Source of the DNA: Candidatus Fermentibacteraceae bacterium
Lineage (GTDB): Bacteria > Fermentibacterota > Fermentibacteria > Fermentibacterales > JCC-6
Assembly: GCA_030596465.1 (NCBI GenBank)
Contig: JAUVJW010000002.1
Span: forward strand, 1-39,949
DNA length: 39,949 nt
Reading direction: 5' to 3'
A program made the position numbers and the translations under genes. Shown in pieces: positions 19,724 to 27,506 of this stretch (the stretch's first letter is position 1; every line of letters begins with the position of its first letter). The notes beneath the pieces are model-generated. The model was not told the DNA's origin. It ran no database searches and saw only the letters and a program-made list of their open reading frames with translations.

Positions 19724-19750
19724 GGAACAAATCCTGTTTCGGCGGGTAAA
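19724..19750 (+). promoter_or_regulatory. candidate ECF-type promoter GGAACA-N16-GTAAA upstream of the ECF sigma gene
   Basis: Read directly. GGAACA is at 19724-19729 and GTAAA at 19746-19750, about 30 nt before the ATG at 19781. The same architecture occurs upstream of the C25 peptidase gene. Confidence 0.35.
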
Positions 19751-19780
19751 AGTATTAGATTAGCTGAATCAGGAGGAAGC

Positions 19781-20374
19781 ATGCTAAGGACGAATGTCTT
19801 GAAGAAAAATAAAGAAAAGGATCCCCGGTCAGACTCTCAGTTGATGATAGATCTCTGCGGCGGAGATGAAGATGCTTTCAGCCACGTAGTTAAAAGATTC
19901 CAGCGTCCGCTTTTCTCTCATCTTATTCGTATGCTGGGTAACGAGGAAGATGCCGAGGAACAACTTCAGATGACTTTCTGCCGGGTTTATAAGTACAGGC
20001 ATAATTACGACCCCGAACGTCCTCTCATAACCTGGGTATACACCATAGCCAGTAATCTGGCCAAGAAAGAATGGAGACGGCGTTCTCGCTGGTCAATGGT
20101 CTCTCTTGAAAAAGTGGTTCTAAAAGGTTCCCACAAGATGACACCCCATTACCGCGAGGGCAGAAGAGAACTGGGCGCCAGCATAGAGGAAGCAATCAAC
20201 GAACTGCCTGAACACTACCGTGAGCCTTTTTTGCTTCGGGAAAAACAGGGTTTTTCTTACGAGGAAATTTCCGAAGTACTGGGAATAAAGATAGGAACTG
20301 TTAAGTCTCGAATTAACAGAGCCCGCGCGGGCCTTCGCAACTCTCTTGAAGATGTATGGGAGATGTGGAAATGA
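19781..20374 (+). CDS. ECF (group 4) sigma-70 family RNA polymerase sigma factor
   Basis: The ORF track gives 19712..20374. The ATG at 19781 follows AGGAGGAAGC. Region 2 is DAEEQLQMTFCRVYKYRHNYDPERPLITWVYTIASN and region 4 is REKQGFSYEEISEVLGIKIGTVKSRINRAR. Confidence 0.9.
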   Translation: MLRTNVLKKNKEKDPRSDSQLMIDLCGGDEDAFSHVVKRFQRPLFSHLIRMLGNEEDAEEQLQMTFCRVYKYRHNYDPERPLITWVYTIASNLAKKEWRRRSRWSMVSLEKVVLKGSHKMTPHYREGRRELGASIEEAINELPEHYREPFLLREKQGFSYEEISEVLGIKIGTVKSRINRARAGLRNSLEDVWEMWK

Positions 20375-20829
20375 AATGTAATGAAGCACTGCTTTTGATG
20401 GACTCGCTTCTTGATGGCGAAGCTACTGCCAGAGAGGAACAACTGTTGCGGTTTCATGTTAATGGATGCCCCGCATGCCGCAGAGCTATGATGCTTAACA
20501 GATCCATAAGCGAAAACATAAATAATCTTGAAGAACCGGAACCCCCGGCCGACCTGATGGATATGGTTTTCCGGAGGCTTGCCTCCGGAAATTACGATCA
20601 ATCCCCTGTCACAAACAAAAAACGTTCCAGGTTGCCTGTCTGGCGTATCGCCGCGGTTGTTCCCTTTGCCGCCGCTCTGGTTTTAATTCTACAGAACTTC
20701 GCTGTAGAGGATCCATCCAACTACGGGAACAGAACTGTTAAAACCGTCACTGTTCAGGAAAATACCACACAGTATGCTCCTGCGCCCGTTGTGGCTTATT
20801 CCAGACCATCCTCCGTTTCAACGTTTTAG
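20371..20829 (+). CDS. anti-sigma factor, zf-HC2 type, single-pass membrane
   Basis: The ATG at 20371 forms an ATGA overlap with the sigma stop. H-x3-C-x2-C motif HVNGCPAC. TM segment WRIAAVVPFAAALVLIL. Confidence 0.8.
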   Translation: MKCNEALLLMDSLLDGEATAREEQLLRFHVNGCPACRRAMMLNRSISENINNLEEPEPPADLMDMVFRRLASGNYDQSPVTNKKRSRLPVWRIAAVVPFAAALVLILQNFAVEDPSNYGNRTVKTVTVQENTTQYAPAPVVAYSRPSSVSTF

Positions 20830-20835
20830 AGCATC

Positions 20836-21696
20836 ATGTTCAGTCTTCTCATTACTCTGCTGATCTCATCGGGTTTTTTCCCCTCATTCCTTGATTCCCC
20901 CGCCCTTTCCGTTGGAAGAACGGGTGATGAATCCGGGTTTGTGGAAGTATGCAGTGGCGTCGCTGTATCTCCCAGGCATGCCGTAACGCTATTCGCTTTT
21001 ACTGAAAACTCCGATGTTTTCATAATAGACACTGGCTCCAGACTGTATCCGGACTCTGTGGTAAATTTCAGAGATATGGGGCTTTCAATGCTTGTCTTTG
21101 AGGATGATGTATTTTCTTCTTTCGAACAACCAAGATACACTTCTCCGGCAAATGGAGCCGCGCTGATGATAGTTGCCGATCACCCTACCGGGCTTTCGGT
21201 TGTTCGTACTTTTCCCATGGAACAACTCTCCGATGGTGCTCTTCTTCTTGCCTATCCTCCGGAATCGGCACTTATGGGTGCTCCCGTTTTTGACGCTTAT
21301 GACAGGCTTTCCGGAATAGTGACCGGTTCATTTGACCCTGGTGACGGCAGAGGTGAACTCATGGCCATGATTCCCTGCAATCTATGGTATTTCTGGGTTG
21401 AGACAATTCTTTCAGATGCCGGCATGCACACCCCCCTCTTTGGAATCACTGCCATGCCGGCCACCTCAGGCCTGTCACCTGTTCAGGGAATTCTTCTGCT
21501 TGATGTTGAAATTAATTCACCTGCGTACAGATGTGGTCTTATGGAAGGAGATATCATTACCGAGGTTGATGGAGAAAAAGTTTACCATCCGGAAGCCTTG
21601 AGAGTAATGATACAAAATTCAACAGACGAACTTGATGTCATAGTGCAGAGAGATCTCGAAACCACCGAAATAGTGATTCCCTCACTTCAACAGTAA
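20836..21696 (+). CDS. secreted/anchored PDZ-domain protein with degenerate HtrA/DegS-like protease region
   Basis: 286-aa ORF starting 6 nt after the anti-sigma gene. N-terminal hydrophobic segment. C-terminal PDZ (GILLLDVEINSPAYRCGLMEGDIITEVDGEKVYHPEAL). The upstream region resembles a trypsin-fold, but I cannot find TNxHV or GNSGG-type motifs. Confidence 0.6.
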   Translation: MFSLLITLLISSGFFPSFLDSPALSVGRTGDESGFVEVCSGVAVSPRHAVTLFAFTENSDVFIIDTGSRLYPDSVVNFRDMGLSMLVFEDDVFSSFEQPRYTSPANGAALMIVADHPTGLSVVRTFPMEQLSDGALLLAYPPESALMGAPVFDAYDRLSGIVTGSFDPGDGRGELMAMIPCNLWYFWVETILSDAGMHTPLFGITAMPATSGLSPVQGILLLDVEINSPAYRCGLMEGDIITEVDGEKVYHPEALRVMIQNSTDELDVIVQRDLETTEIVIPSLQQ

Positions 21697-22629
21697 TGTT
21701 ACAGAATTTCCATTTGTCACAAGTGCCTGTTCACAATCCTCCGAGAGAACAACGAACGGGGTTTTCCCAAACTCATCCGCCCTCCAGGCAATTTCTCCGT
21801 TTGCCAGACATACCTGAATACCGGCGGATGGACATACTGCGTACACACAGGATACTTCACTGTCTGACGCGGCTGAAATCGGTGTTTCAGGGAAAGTGAA
21901 CATTACCTGAATCATAAGATCAGCAGGAGAACAAACGGCCACTTCGTTCCAGGTATCAGTTGAGAAAATAAGATTTTCATTCCCTGCTCCCGCCATGAAT
22001 ATCAAAGAGCCATTCACCTTTTCCGCTGCAACTTCAGAGAACGATGAAATTGAAAGAGAGATTATTGTTCCGTCCTCGTACCCCAGGGAAATTAACCCGG
22101 GGAATCCCTGAATGCATGTGATTCCTGTGTCTTCCGGAGTGTAGTTATCTATCAGGGTCAGGTCTGTTCCGCTGTAAAGAGCAAGTGAACCATCTTCCAG
22201 AAGAACAATAGGATCATTGCCGCAGACCGTTATGGCTTCGCCCACTCCCGGTAACTCTCTGGAAGCTGTCACAGCAAAACCTTCAATACAGACAAGCTGG
22301 TCGGAATAGACCACGAAAGCCTTCGAATCATGACCTGCGTCAAGACCTGTAATTTCACCGTCAATCGCCGTTTTTCCGTGTATTCTGCCGTGGCGAAGTT
22401 CCATGTGGTAAAGCGTGTCACCTGAAGCTATCAGCCCATAGTTACCTGCCCCGGAAAACACGGGAGGCACAGTAACAGTGGAGGGGAAAGAAGCTTCCCC
22501 CTCCTTGTATGTCGGGAATGTAACCGTGTCCTCTGCTCCCAGCATGCATGCGGCAAATGGGAGCAGTGAGAAAAGTAGAATAAGCTTTGTGTTAGCGGAC
22601 AACGGCCATTTTCCTTGTGAAAGCGGCAT
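21682..22629 (-). CDS. lipoprotein of unknown function, repeat-rich (possibly beta-propeller-like)
   Basis: 315-aa ORF with lipobox-like LLPFAAC. An alternative TTG start at 22602 would give MSANTKLILLFSLLPFAAC and cut the overlap with the C25 gene from 38 to 11 nt. The 3' end overlaps the convergent PDZ gene by 15 nt. Confidence 0.55.
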   Translation of the reverse strand: MPLSQGKWPLSANTKLILLFSLLPFAACMLGAEDTVTFPTYKEGEASFPSTVTVPPVFSGAGNYGLIASGDTLYHMELRHGRIHGKTAIDGEITGLDAGHDSKAFVVYSDQLVCIEGFAVTASRELPGVGEAITVCGNDPIVLLEDGSLALYSGTDLTLIDNYTPEDTGITCIQGFPGLISLGYEDGTIISLSISSFSEVAAEKVNGSLIFMAGAGNENLIFSTDTWNEVAVCSPADLMIQVMFTFPETPISAASDSEVSCVYAVCPSAGIQVCLANGEIAWRADEFGKTPFVVLSEDCEQALVTNGNSVTLLLK

Positions 22630-24814
22630 CTTCCGTCTGCATGATTACAAAGTAAATACCCGGGTTCAGCTCTGAAGCGTCAAGTGTTATTGATCCTGCC
22701 CCGGACGATATCTGACCATCCTGAACCGTATCGACAACTCTGCCCGCGATGTCCAGGACGCTGATGTTCACATAACCATTTACAGGAGCGATAAAGGAGA
22801 TATTCGCCATACCGCTGACAGGGCTGGGTGTTACCGGGAAAAGTTCCGGATTGAATGTCTCGCCACCCTCTATACCCGTTGTAACAACATCAATGGTTCC
22901 TGTTACAGATGCGTAGTTGTGTAACCTTGCTCCATAGTAGAGATCCTTGTCCTCAAGTGCAGTGAAATTCAGCCATACTTCGCCTGAGCTGTTTGTGATC
23001 TGCTGCTCATAGAAAGACTCTGTACAGGAAGAGTGGTTACCGATACCATCAGTGATGGTAACAACCACTCCTTCCACAGGAGAGCCTCCTGATGTTATGG
23101 TAGTGTAAAGAGTATTCGGACCAATATTCAAAGCTGTCGGAACATCAAAATTCATTGCGAATGGGGCACCACTCACATCACTGTTTGGAATGTCCATGGA
23201 TGGATCGCCAAACCAGTGGTACATTCTGGAGTTATTAACTCCCCCGGCACCCTGAGTCTGAATGATGTCGGCCTGAGATGCGGCAAACATTTCTCCGGCA
23301 CAGGTATTCCCCTCGTCGAAAATCTCCCAGAAAAGTACCCTCTGCATTCTGTTGTTGACAGCGGTTAAAGAAGGAGCACTTGCACCAATATTACCGCTGG
23401 CTCCTTTATCGAGAGCATCCATCCAGCTTTCAGACAGACAGTTGTAGGAAAGATCATGTGTACCATTGTTGCATGCGATGTTGAAAACAATGGGAAAATA
23501 AGTGTTGGTCAGATCATAAATGGCACCCGCGTTCCAGCTGCCGGTCCACTGCCAGGTAGTGATTGATCCGTGCCCTCTGTAGTTAACAATTCCAACACCG
23601 TTGTTGATTGCCGCTGAGACATCATCAGGGGTTCCACCCTCTGGCGGATACACTGTCTCAAAAACAATATCAGCCAGATCATAATCCCATGTTCTTACAG
23701 CTTCGCTGTTTGCTGTGTACTTCCCCGGGTATTCCTCCTGGTGCGCCGCGAGAACAGCACTTGCCGGAAGAGAGGGCTGTCCGGTTTCTCCGGCATAGGT
23801 AGTGTAAGACATAGCTTTCGCGGTCTGATTTTCAAGCTGAGTGTAATTGCCCGGGAACCTTCCTACAGCGATGTCAGGAAGGTTATCCGAGTCCAGGCAC
23901 TCATAATAATAATCTCCCACAAAAGAACCGTAATTCTTCGACTCAAGCTGCTGATAGCGAGCGGGGATCAGTGCAAATCTTGTAATACCTTCCTGATATA
24001 CACCACTGATAGCACCTTTTATGGCATAACTGGTAGTTCCGCATTCCATCTCTATTATGTTTACATGATGCCCGAGAGAATTGACCATCGCAAGAAATGG
24101 TGTAACCGATTCCAGATTCTCCGGCGGAACCACACAGATGTAAACATCATCATCCATGGACACAGGAGAGGAATCAACCATGATGTTCAGTGCGTCATAG
24201 TTCACAATTCTTGAGCGATGCATACTGGCTATCTCAGGTCTCACAGAAACCTGATAACCTCTGTTTCCCTGGAAATCAATTCTGGCGGTTAAGGAAGACG
24301 CCACCCGAAATTCACCGGTTGAGGCATTCCAGGTAAACGGGTTCATCTGAAGAACAACAGTGTTTACACCTGCCCAGCTGCCCTGCTGGAAAAGGTTGAC
24401 AGTGTTTTGCGGGTAAACACCCTGAAGATTGGTGGAAAGATCCACGAAAAAGAAAGGCTCTACCGCATCATCTGTACGGAGAGGTTGAACGGGATACGGT
24501 GTTCCGATTCCCGCTGAAGCCCAGTCCTCATCAAGCAGGGAAACTGAAGGGGTAGTACCTTCCGGAAAACCCACAACAACAGATATCATGGGAAGCTCAG
24601 GGCTTCCAACAGGAGCATCCATGTCCCAGCCATGTCCGGCGACATTCAGACGGGAATACCGGGAAAACTGCTCCAGATTGTAACCTGAAAGATGAATTTG
24701 AATGACCGCGTGATTCTCGTCCGCCTCAATTACTGTTACCTCAGGAGCAGAAGGACAGTTTCCCCCAGGAGAAACCCAGGATCCAAGAATCGAAAGAATT
24801 ATAACCATACCCAT
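22592..24814 (-). CDS. peptidase family C25 (gingipain-like cysteine protease) with T9SS C-terminal sorting domain
   Basis: The ORF track gives 22592..24856. The ATG at 24814 (MGMVIILSILGS) lies 8 nt after GGAGG. C25 motifs are GDYYYECLDSDNLPDIAVGRFPG, catalytic-type VNYRGHGS and FNIACNNG. The C-terminal tail NISVLDIAGRVV...GIYFVIMQTEDAAFTRKMAVVR resembles the Por secretion tail. Confidence 0.8.
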   Translation of the reverse strand: MGMVIILSILGSWVSPGGNCPSAPEVTVIEADENHAVIQIHLSGYNLEQFSRYSRLNVAGHGWDMDAPVGSPELPMISVVVGFPEGTTPSVSLLDEDWASAGIGTPYPVQPLRTDDAVEPFFFVDLSTNLQGVYPQNTVNLFQQGSWAGVNTVVLQMNPFTWNASTGEFRVASSLTARIDFQGNRGYQVSVRPEIASMHRSRIVNYDALNIMVDSSPVSMDDDVYICVVPPENLESVTPFLAMVNSLGHHVNIIEMECGTTSYAIKGAISGVYQEGITRFALIPARYQQLESKNYGSFVGDYYYECLDSDNLPDIAVGRFPGNYTQLENQTAKAMSYTTYAGETGQPSLPASAVLAAHQEEYPGKYTANSEAVRTWDYDLADIVFETVYPPEGGTPDDVSAAINNGVGIVNYRGHGSITTWQWTGSWNAGAIYDLTNTYFPIVFNIACNNGTHDLSYNCLSESWMDALDKGASGNIGASAPSLTAVNNRMQRVLFWEIFDEGNTCAGEMFAASQADIIQTQGAGGVNNSRMYHWFGDPSMDIPNSDVSGAPFAMNFDVPTALNIGPNTLYTTITSGGSPVEGVVVTITDGIGNHSSCTESFYEQQITNSSGEVWLNFTALEDKDLYYGARLHNYASVTGTIDVVTTGIEGGETFNPELFPVTPSPVSGMANISFIAPVNGYVNISVLDIAGRVVDTVQDGQISSGAGSITLDASELNPGIYFVIMQTEDAAFTRKMAVVR

Positions 24815-24861
24815 CTGAACAACCTCCATATAATATTTTTGAAAACAGGATTGCAACTAAC

Positions 24862-24888
24862 ATAACAACTATAGATCAGATGTGTTCC
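24862..24888 (-). promoter_or_regulatory. candidate ECF-type promoter GGAACA-N16-GTTAT upstream of the C25 peptidase gene
   Basis: On the reverse strand the 94-nt gap reads ggtGGGAACAcatctgatctatagttGTTATg, about 48 nt before the ATG at 24814. The hexamer and spacing are identical to the site upstream of the ECF sigma gene. Confidence 0.3.
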
Positions 24889-24950
24889 CACCGACAGTCA
24901 CCGGACAACAGCACTTATCATCTTCCGCTGAAAATCTATAGATCTGTCGT

Positions 24951-27506
24951 TCATTTCTTCTCCGAAGCAAATGCTCTTTTTACCCGGGTCAGAAACATTT
25001 TTCTTCTTATCGGTTTTCTTATGTAATCAAGCGCGCCCAGTTCATATCCTCTTTCTTCCTTGTCCATGCTGTCATTGCCTGTCAGAAAGATCAGAGGCGT
25101 ATCCAGATTTTTGCTTTTCAGTGCCTGGAGCATTGTAAACCCATCCAGCCCGGGCATCTCTATGTCAGATAATACAAGATCGTAGTTGCTTGTTCTAAGG
25201 GTAACTATGGCTTCCACTCCATCTGTTGCCTGATCAACATCGTAACCGGCGGTTTCCAGAAGTATCGAAGCAAGATTTCTGAAATCCTCATCGTCATCAA
25301 CAAGAAGTATCCTTTTCTTCCTGTCTTTATCGTTGTCCAGACCTCTGGACTCCAGTTCGTTATCTGTGCGTCCGGTAAGTCTCAGTTCTTCCAGCAGAAC
25401 ATGTCTATACACATCATCAAGAGCGAGAAGCCCCATTCTTACCTTCATTATGGCATGATCGCTTATGAGAAAAACCCCGGCTTTCTCCTGAAGCTCTCTC
25501 CTCATTACCGGAACCGACTCCGCGTGTTTAATAATTTCAGTTACGGCAGGATTAAACCTCATCAGCTCATAAACACCCTGTCTACCGGCATATCCGGTAA
25601 AATTGCATTTGGGACACCCCTCAGGATGAGGCAACTCCTTTGGAATGTCATCTGTAAAGGGAAGCAGCTTTTTTCTTTCTTCGGGGGTAACAGGCTTCAT
25701 CCTTCTGCATCTCTGACACAGGCTCTTCAGAAGTCTTTGAGCCACAATACAAAGCAGATTATCAGCGGAATCATCTTTTGATATTCCCAGCCGGGAAAGT
25801 CGGAACAAGGCAGTGGAGGTATTTGAACTATGCAGAGTAGCCATGGTCAAGTGACCCGTACTGGCAAGATCGATACAGGTTTTTGCACTGAAAGCATCTC
25901 TGATCTCACCCAGGTAAACAATGTCGGGATCCTGACGAACCGCTGACTTCAGGAGGGCTTCAAATGTAACGCCTGCCTTCTCGTTAACCTGCTGCTGATT
26001 GGCATAGGGAATTCTGTACTCCACCGGATCCTCAATGGTCATAAGACTTCTGCTTTTGATATCCAGGTGGGATATCATACTGTACAGAGTTGTTGTTTTT
26101 CCACTTCCTGTAGGACCAACAACTATAATAGCACCGCTGGTCTGACTGGACACCTCGTAAAGATCTCCGGACTGTTCTTCGGTCATACCAAGCTCGGTGA
26201 GTTCACGAGGTTTCGCGTACAGATCAAGCATTCGCACAATAAGGCTTTCACCCTGTGGAGTGGAGGTTGTAGCAAAACGCATTTTGAAGGGTTTTCCACC
26301 GATATTCGCCTCTGCCGTACCATCCTGAGGTTTTCTTCTCTCGGCAATATCCATACCGCCAAGAACTTTGAAACGGCTGATAAGAACTGCACCTGTCCTT
26401 TTCTTCAGTGTGAACATATCCTTCATGTCTCCGTCAACACGAAACCTCACAAGAACCTTATCAGGCTTAGGCTCGATATGAATATCGCTTGCTCTTTCGG
26501 CTACGGCAGAGAATAAAATACTGTCGGAAATGTACCTGATAGGGAACTTCCTGATATCATCTTCCGATGGCTTCTCCATAATTTCAAGAGAGCTGCTTAT
26601 ATCGGCGGCATCATCTTCAGGCGTACTTTTTTCTTCGTCCTCCTCCCCTATATCGGCAAATGCGGAGTCCGGGCCGTGTGATTCCTCTTTGCGCAACAGA
26701 GCATCAATGCAGTCAGGGCAGGTTATTCCCAGTAATGGTGCTCTACCCGTGAGAGATTCCAGCATCTCAATAAGCTGTGGTTCATAAGGATTGGAGACAA
26801 CAAAGCGAAACTCATCCTTTTCCCTGAGTGCAAGAACTCTGTGTGCTTTGGAAAATGCCGCCGGCAGCATATCACTCTCCACGGATTCGGGGTCAATGTA
26901 GGGATAATTCGGAAGATGAAGATAAGATGAAAGAAGCTTTGCTGTCTCAATGCTGTCAAGACCAATATCAAGTGTTTTCTCGTAAATATCTCTGGGCTGC
27001 GCCAAACTGAGTGTGGCGGTATCCTCCCGGGACAGGCTTGAATTATCTCTCAAATACTCAATAAAACCCTGAATATCCTGTAGCCGCGTGGAAGGTGTCG
27101 GATTATCAAGTCTGCCCCATTTCTCTGATCTGTCAAGAACTTTCTTCACCTTGGCGCGGAGTGTTTTTCTGTTCAGCTCTGATTTAGGTACAAAATCCGC
27201 TACGCCTGCGTTAAGGGCATCCCGTCTTGTTTCATCATCAGCCCTGCTGGTTATCATGATTACCGGAATTCTTGAAAGAACTCTATCGGACTGAAGACTC
27301 GCGCAAAATTCAAGCCCGTTCATTCCCGGCATGAGAAGATCAAGAAGGATAACGCTGATTACGCTGCTCTGCAGCATCCCCATAGCAGTGGCCGCACTCT
27401 CCGCAGTTTCAGTTTCATAACCTGCTTTCCGGAGGATATGGGATAGCAACAGTCTGGTATCCTCATCATCATCTATAATGAGGATTTTTTTATTCTTCGT
27501 CGACAT
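24951..27506 (-). CDS. REC - T2SSE_N-like - GspE/PilB-family secretion ATPase - REC fusion protein
   Basis: 851-aa ORF. N-terminal REC is ILIIDDDEDT...LLDLLMPGMNG...DFVPK. ATPase core has Walker A GPTGSGKTTT, Asp box LMTIEDPVEY, Walker B DPDIVYLGEIRD, His box TGHLTMATLHSSN and tetra-Cys CQRC..CPKC. C-terminal REC is ILLVDDDEDF...VLSDIEMPGLDG...DYIRKP. Confidence 0.85.
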   Translation of the reverse strand: MSTKNKKILIIDDDEDTRLLLSHILRKAGYETETAESAATAMGMLQSSVISVILLDLLMPGMNGLEFCASLQSDRVLSRIPVIMITSRADDETRRDALNAGVADFVPKSELNRKTLRAKVKKVLDRSEKWGRLDNPTPSTRLQDIQGFIEYLRDNSSLSREDTATLSLAQPRDIYEKTLDIGLDSIETAKLLSSYLHLPNYPYIDPESVESDMLPAAFSKAHRVLALREKDEFRFVVSNPYEPQLIEMLESLTGRAPLLGITCPDCIDALLRKEESHGPDSAFADIGEEDEEKSTPEDDAADISSSLEIMEKPSEDDIRKFPIRYISDSILFSAVAERASDIHIEPKPDKVLVRFRVDGDMKDMFTLKKRTGAVLISRFKVLGGMDIAERRKPQDGTAEANIGGKPFKMRFATTSTPQGESLIVRMLDLYAKPRELTELGMTEEQSGDLYEVSSQTSGAIIVVGPTGSGKTTTLYSMISHLDIKSRSLMTIEDPVEYRIPYANQQQVNEKAGVTFEALLKSAVRQDPDIVYLGEIRDAFSAKTCIDLASTGHLTMATLHSSNTSTALFRLSRLGISKDDSADNLLCIVAQRLLKSLCQRCRRMKPVTPEERKKLLPFTDDIPKELPHPEGCPKCNFTGYAGRQGVYELMRFNPAVTEIIKHAESVPVMRRELQEKAGVFLISDHAIMKVRMGLLALDDVYRHVLLEELRLTGRTDNELESRGLDNDKDRKKRILLVDDDEDFRNLASILLETAGYDVDQATDGVEAIVTLRTSNYDLVLSDIEMPGLDGFTMLQALKSKNLDTPLIFLTGNDSMDKEERGYELGALDYIRKPIRRKMFLTRVKRAFASEKK

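Noticed and set aside
24868-24946. The short direct repeat CTATAGATC occurs twice in the gap upstream of the C25 gene. A 6-bp inverted repeat CGACAG/CTGTCG also occurs, 45 nt apart.
   Set aside because: Both are too short and too AT-simple to distinguish from chance. Part of the first copy lies inside the proposed ECF promoter spacer. I did not call either as a feature.
3395-26516. Other 120-170-aa antisense ORFs in the track, for example 3395-3847, 7349-7861, 10706-11083, 14360-14851, 15028-15477, 17799-18251, 23741-24214 and 26067-26516.
   Set aside because: Each is fully contained within a longer opposite-strand gene that has strong family motifs. None shows a motif or an RBS of its own.
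24951-27506. Calling the GspE/PilB-like gene part of a type II secretion or type IV pilus locus.
   Set aside because: No platform, pilin, secretin or alignment-complex gene is present in the window. Only the ATPase family can be stated.
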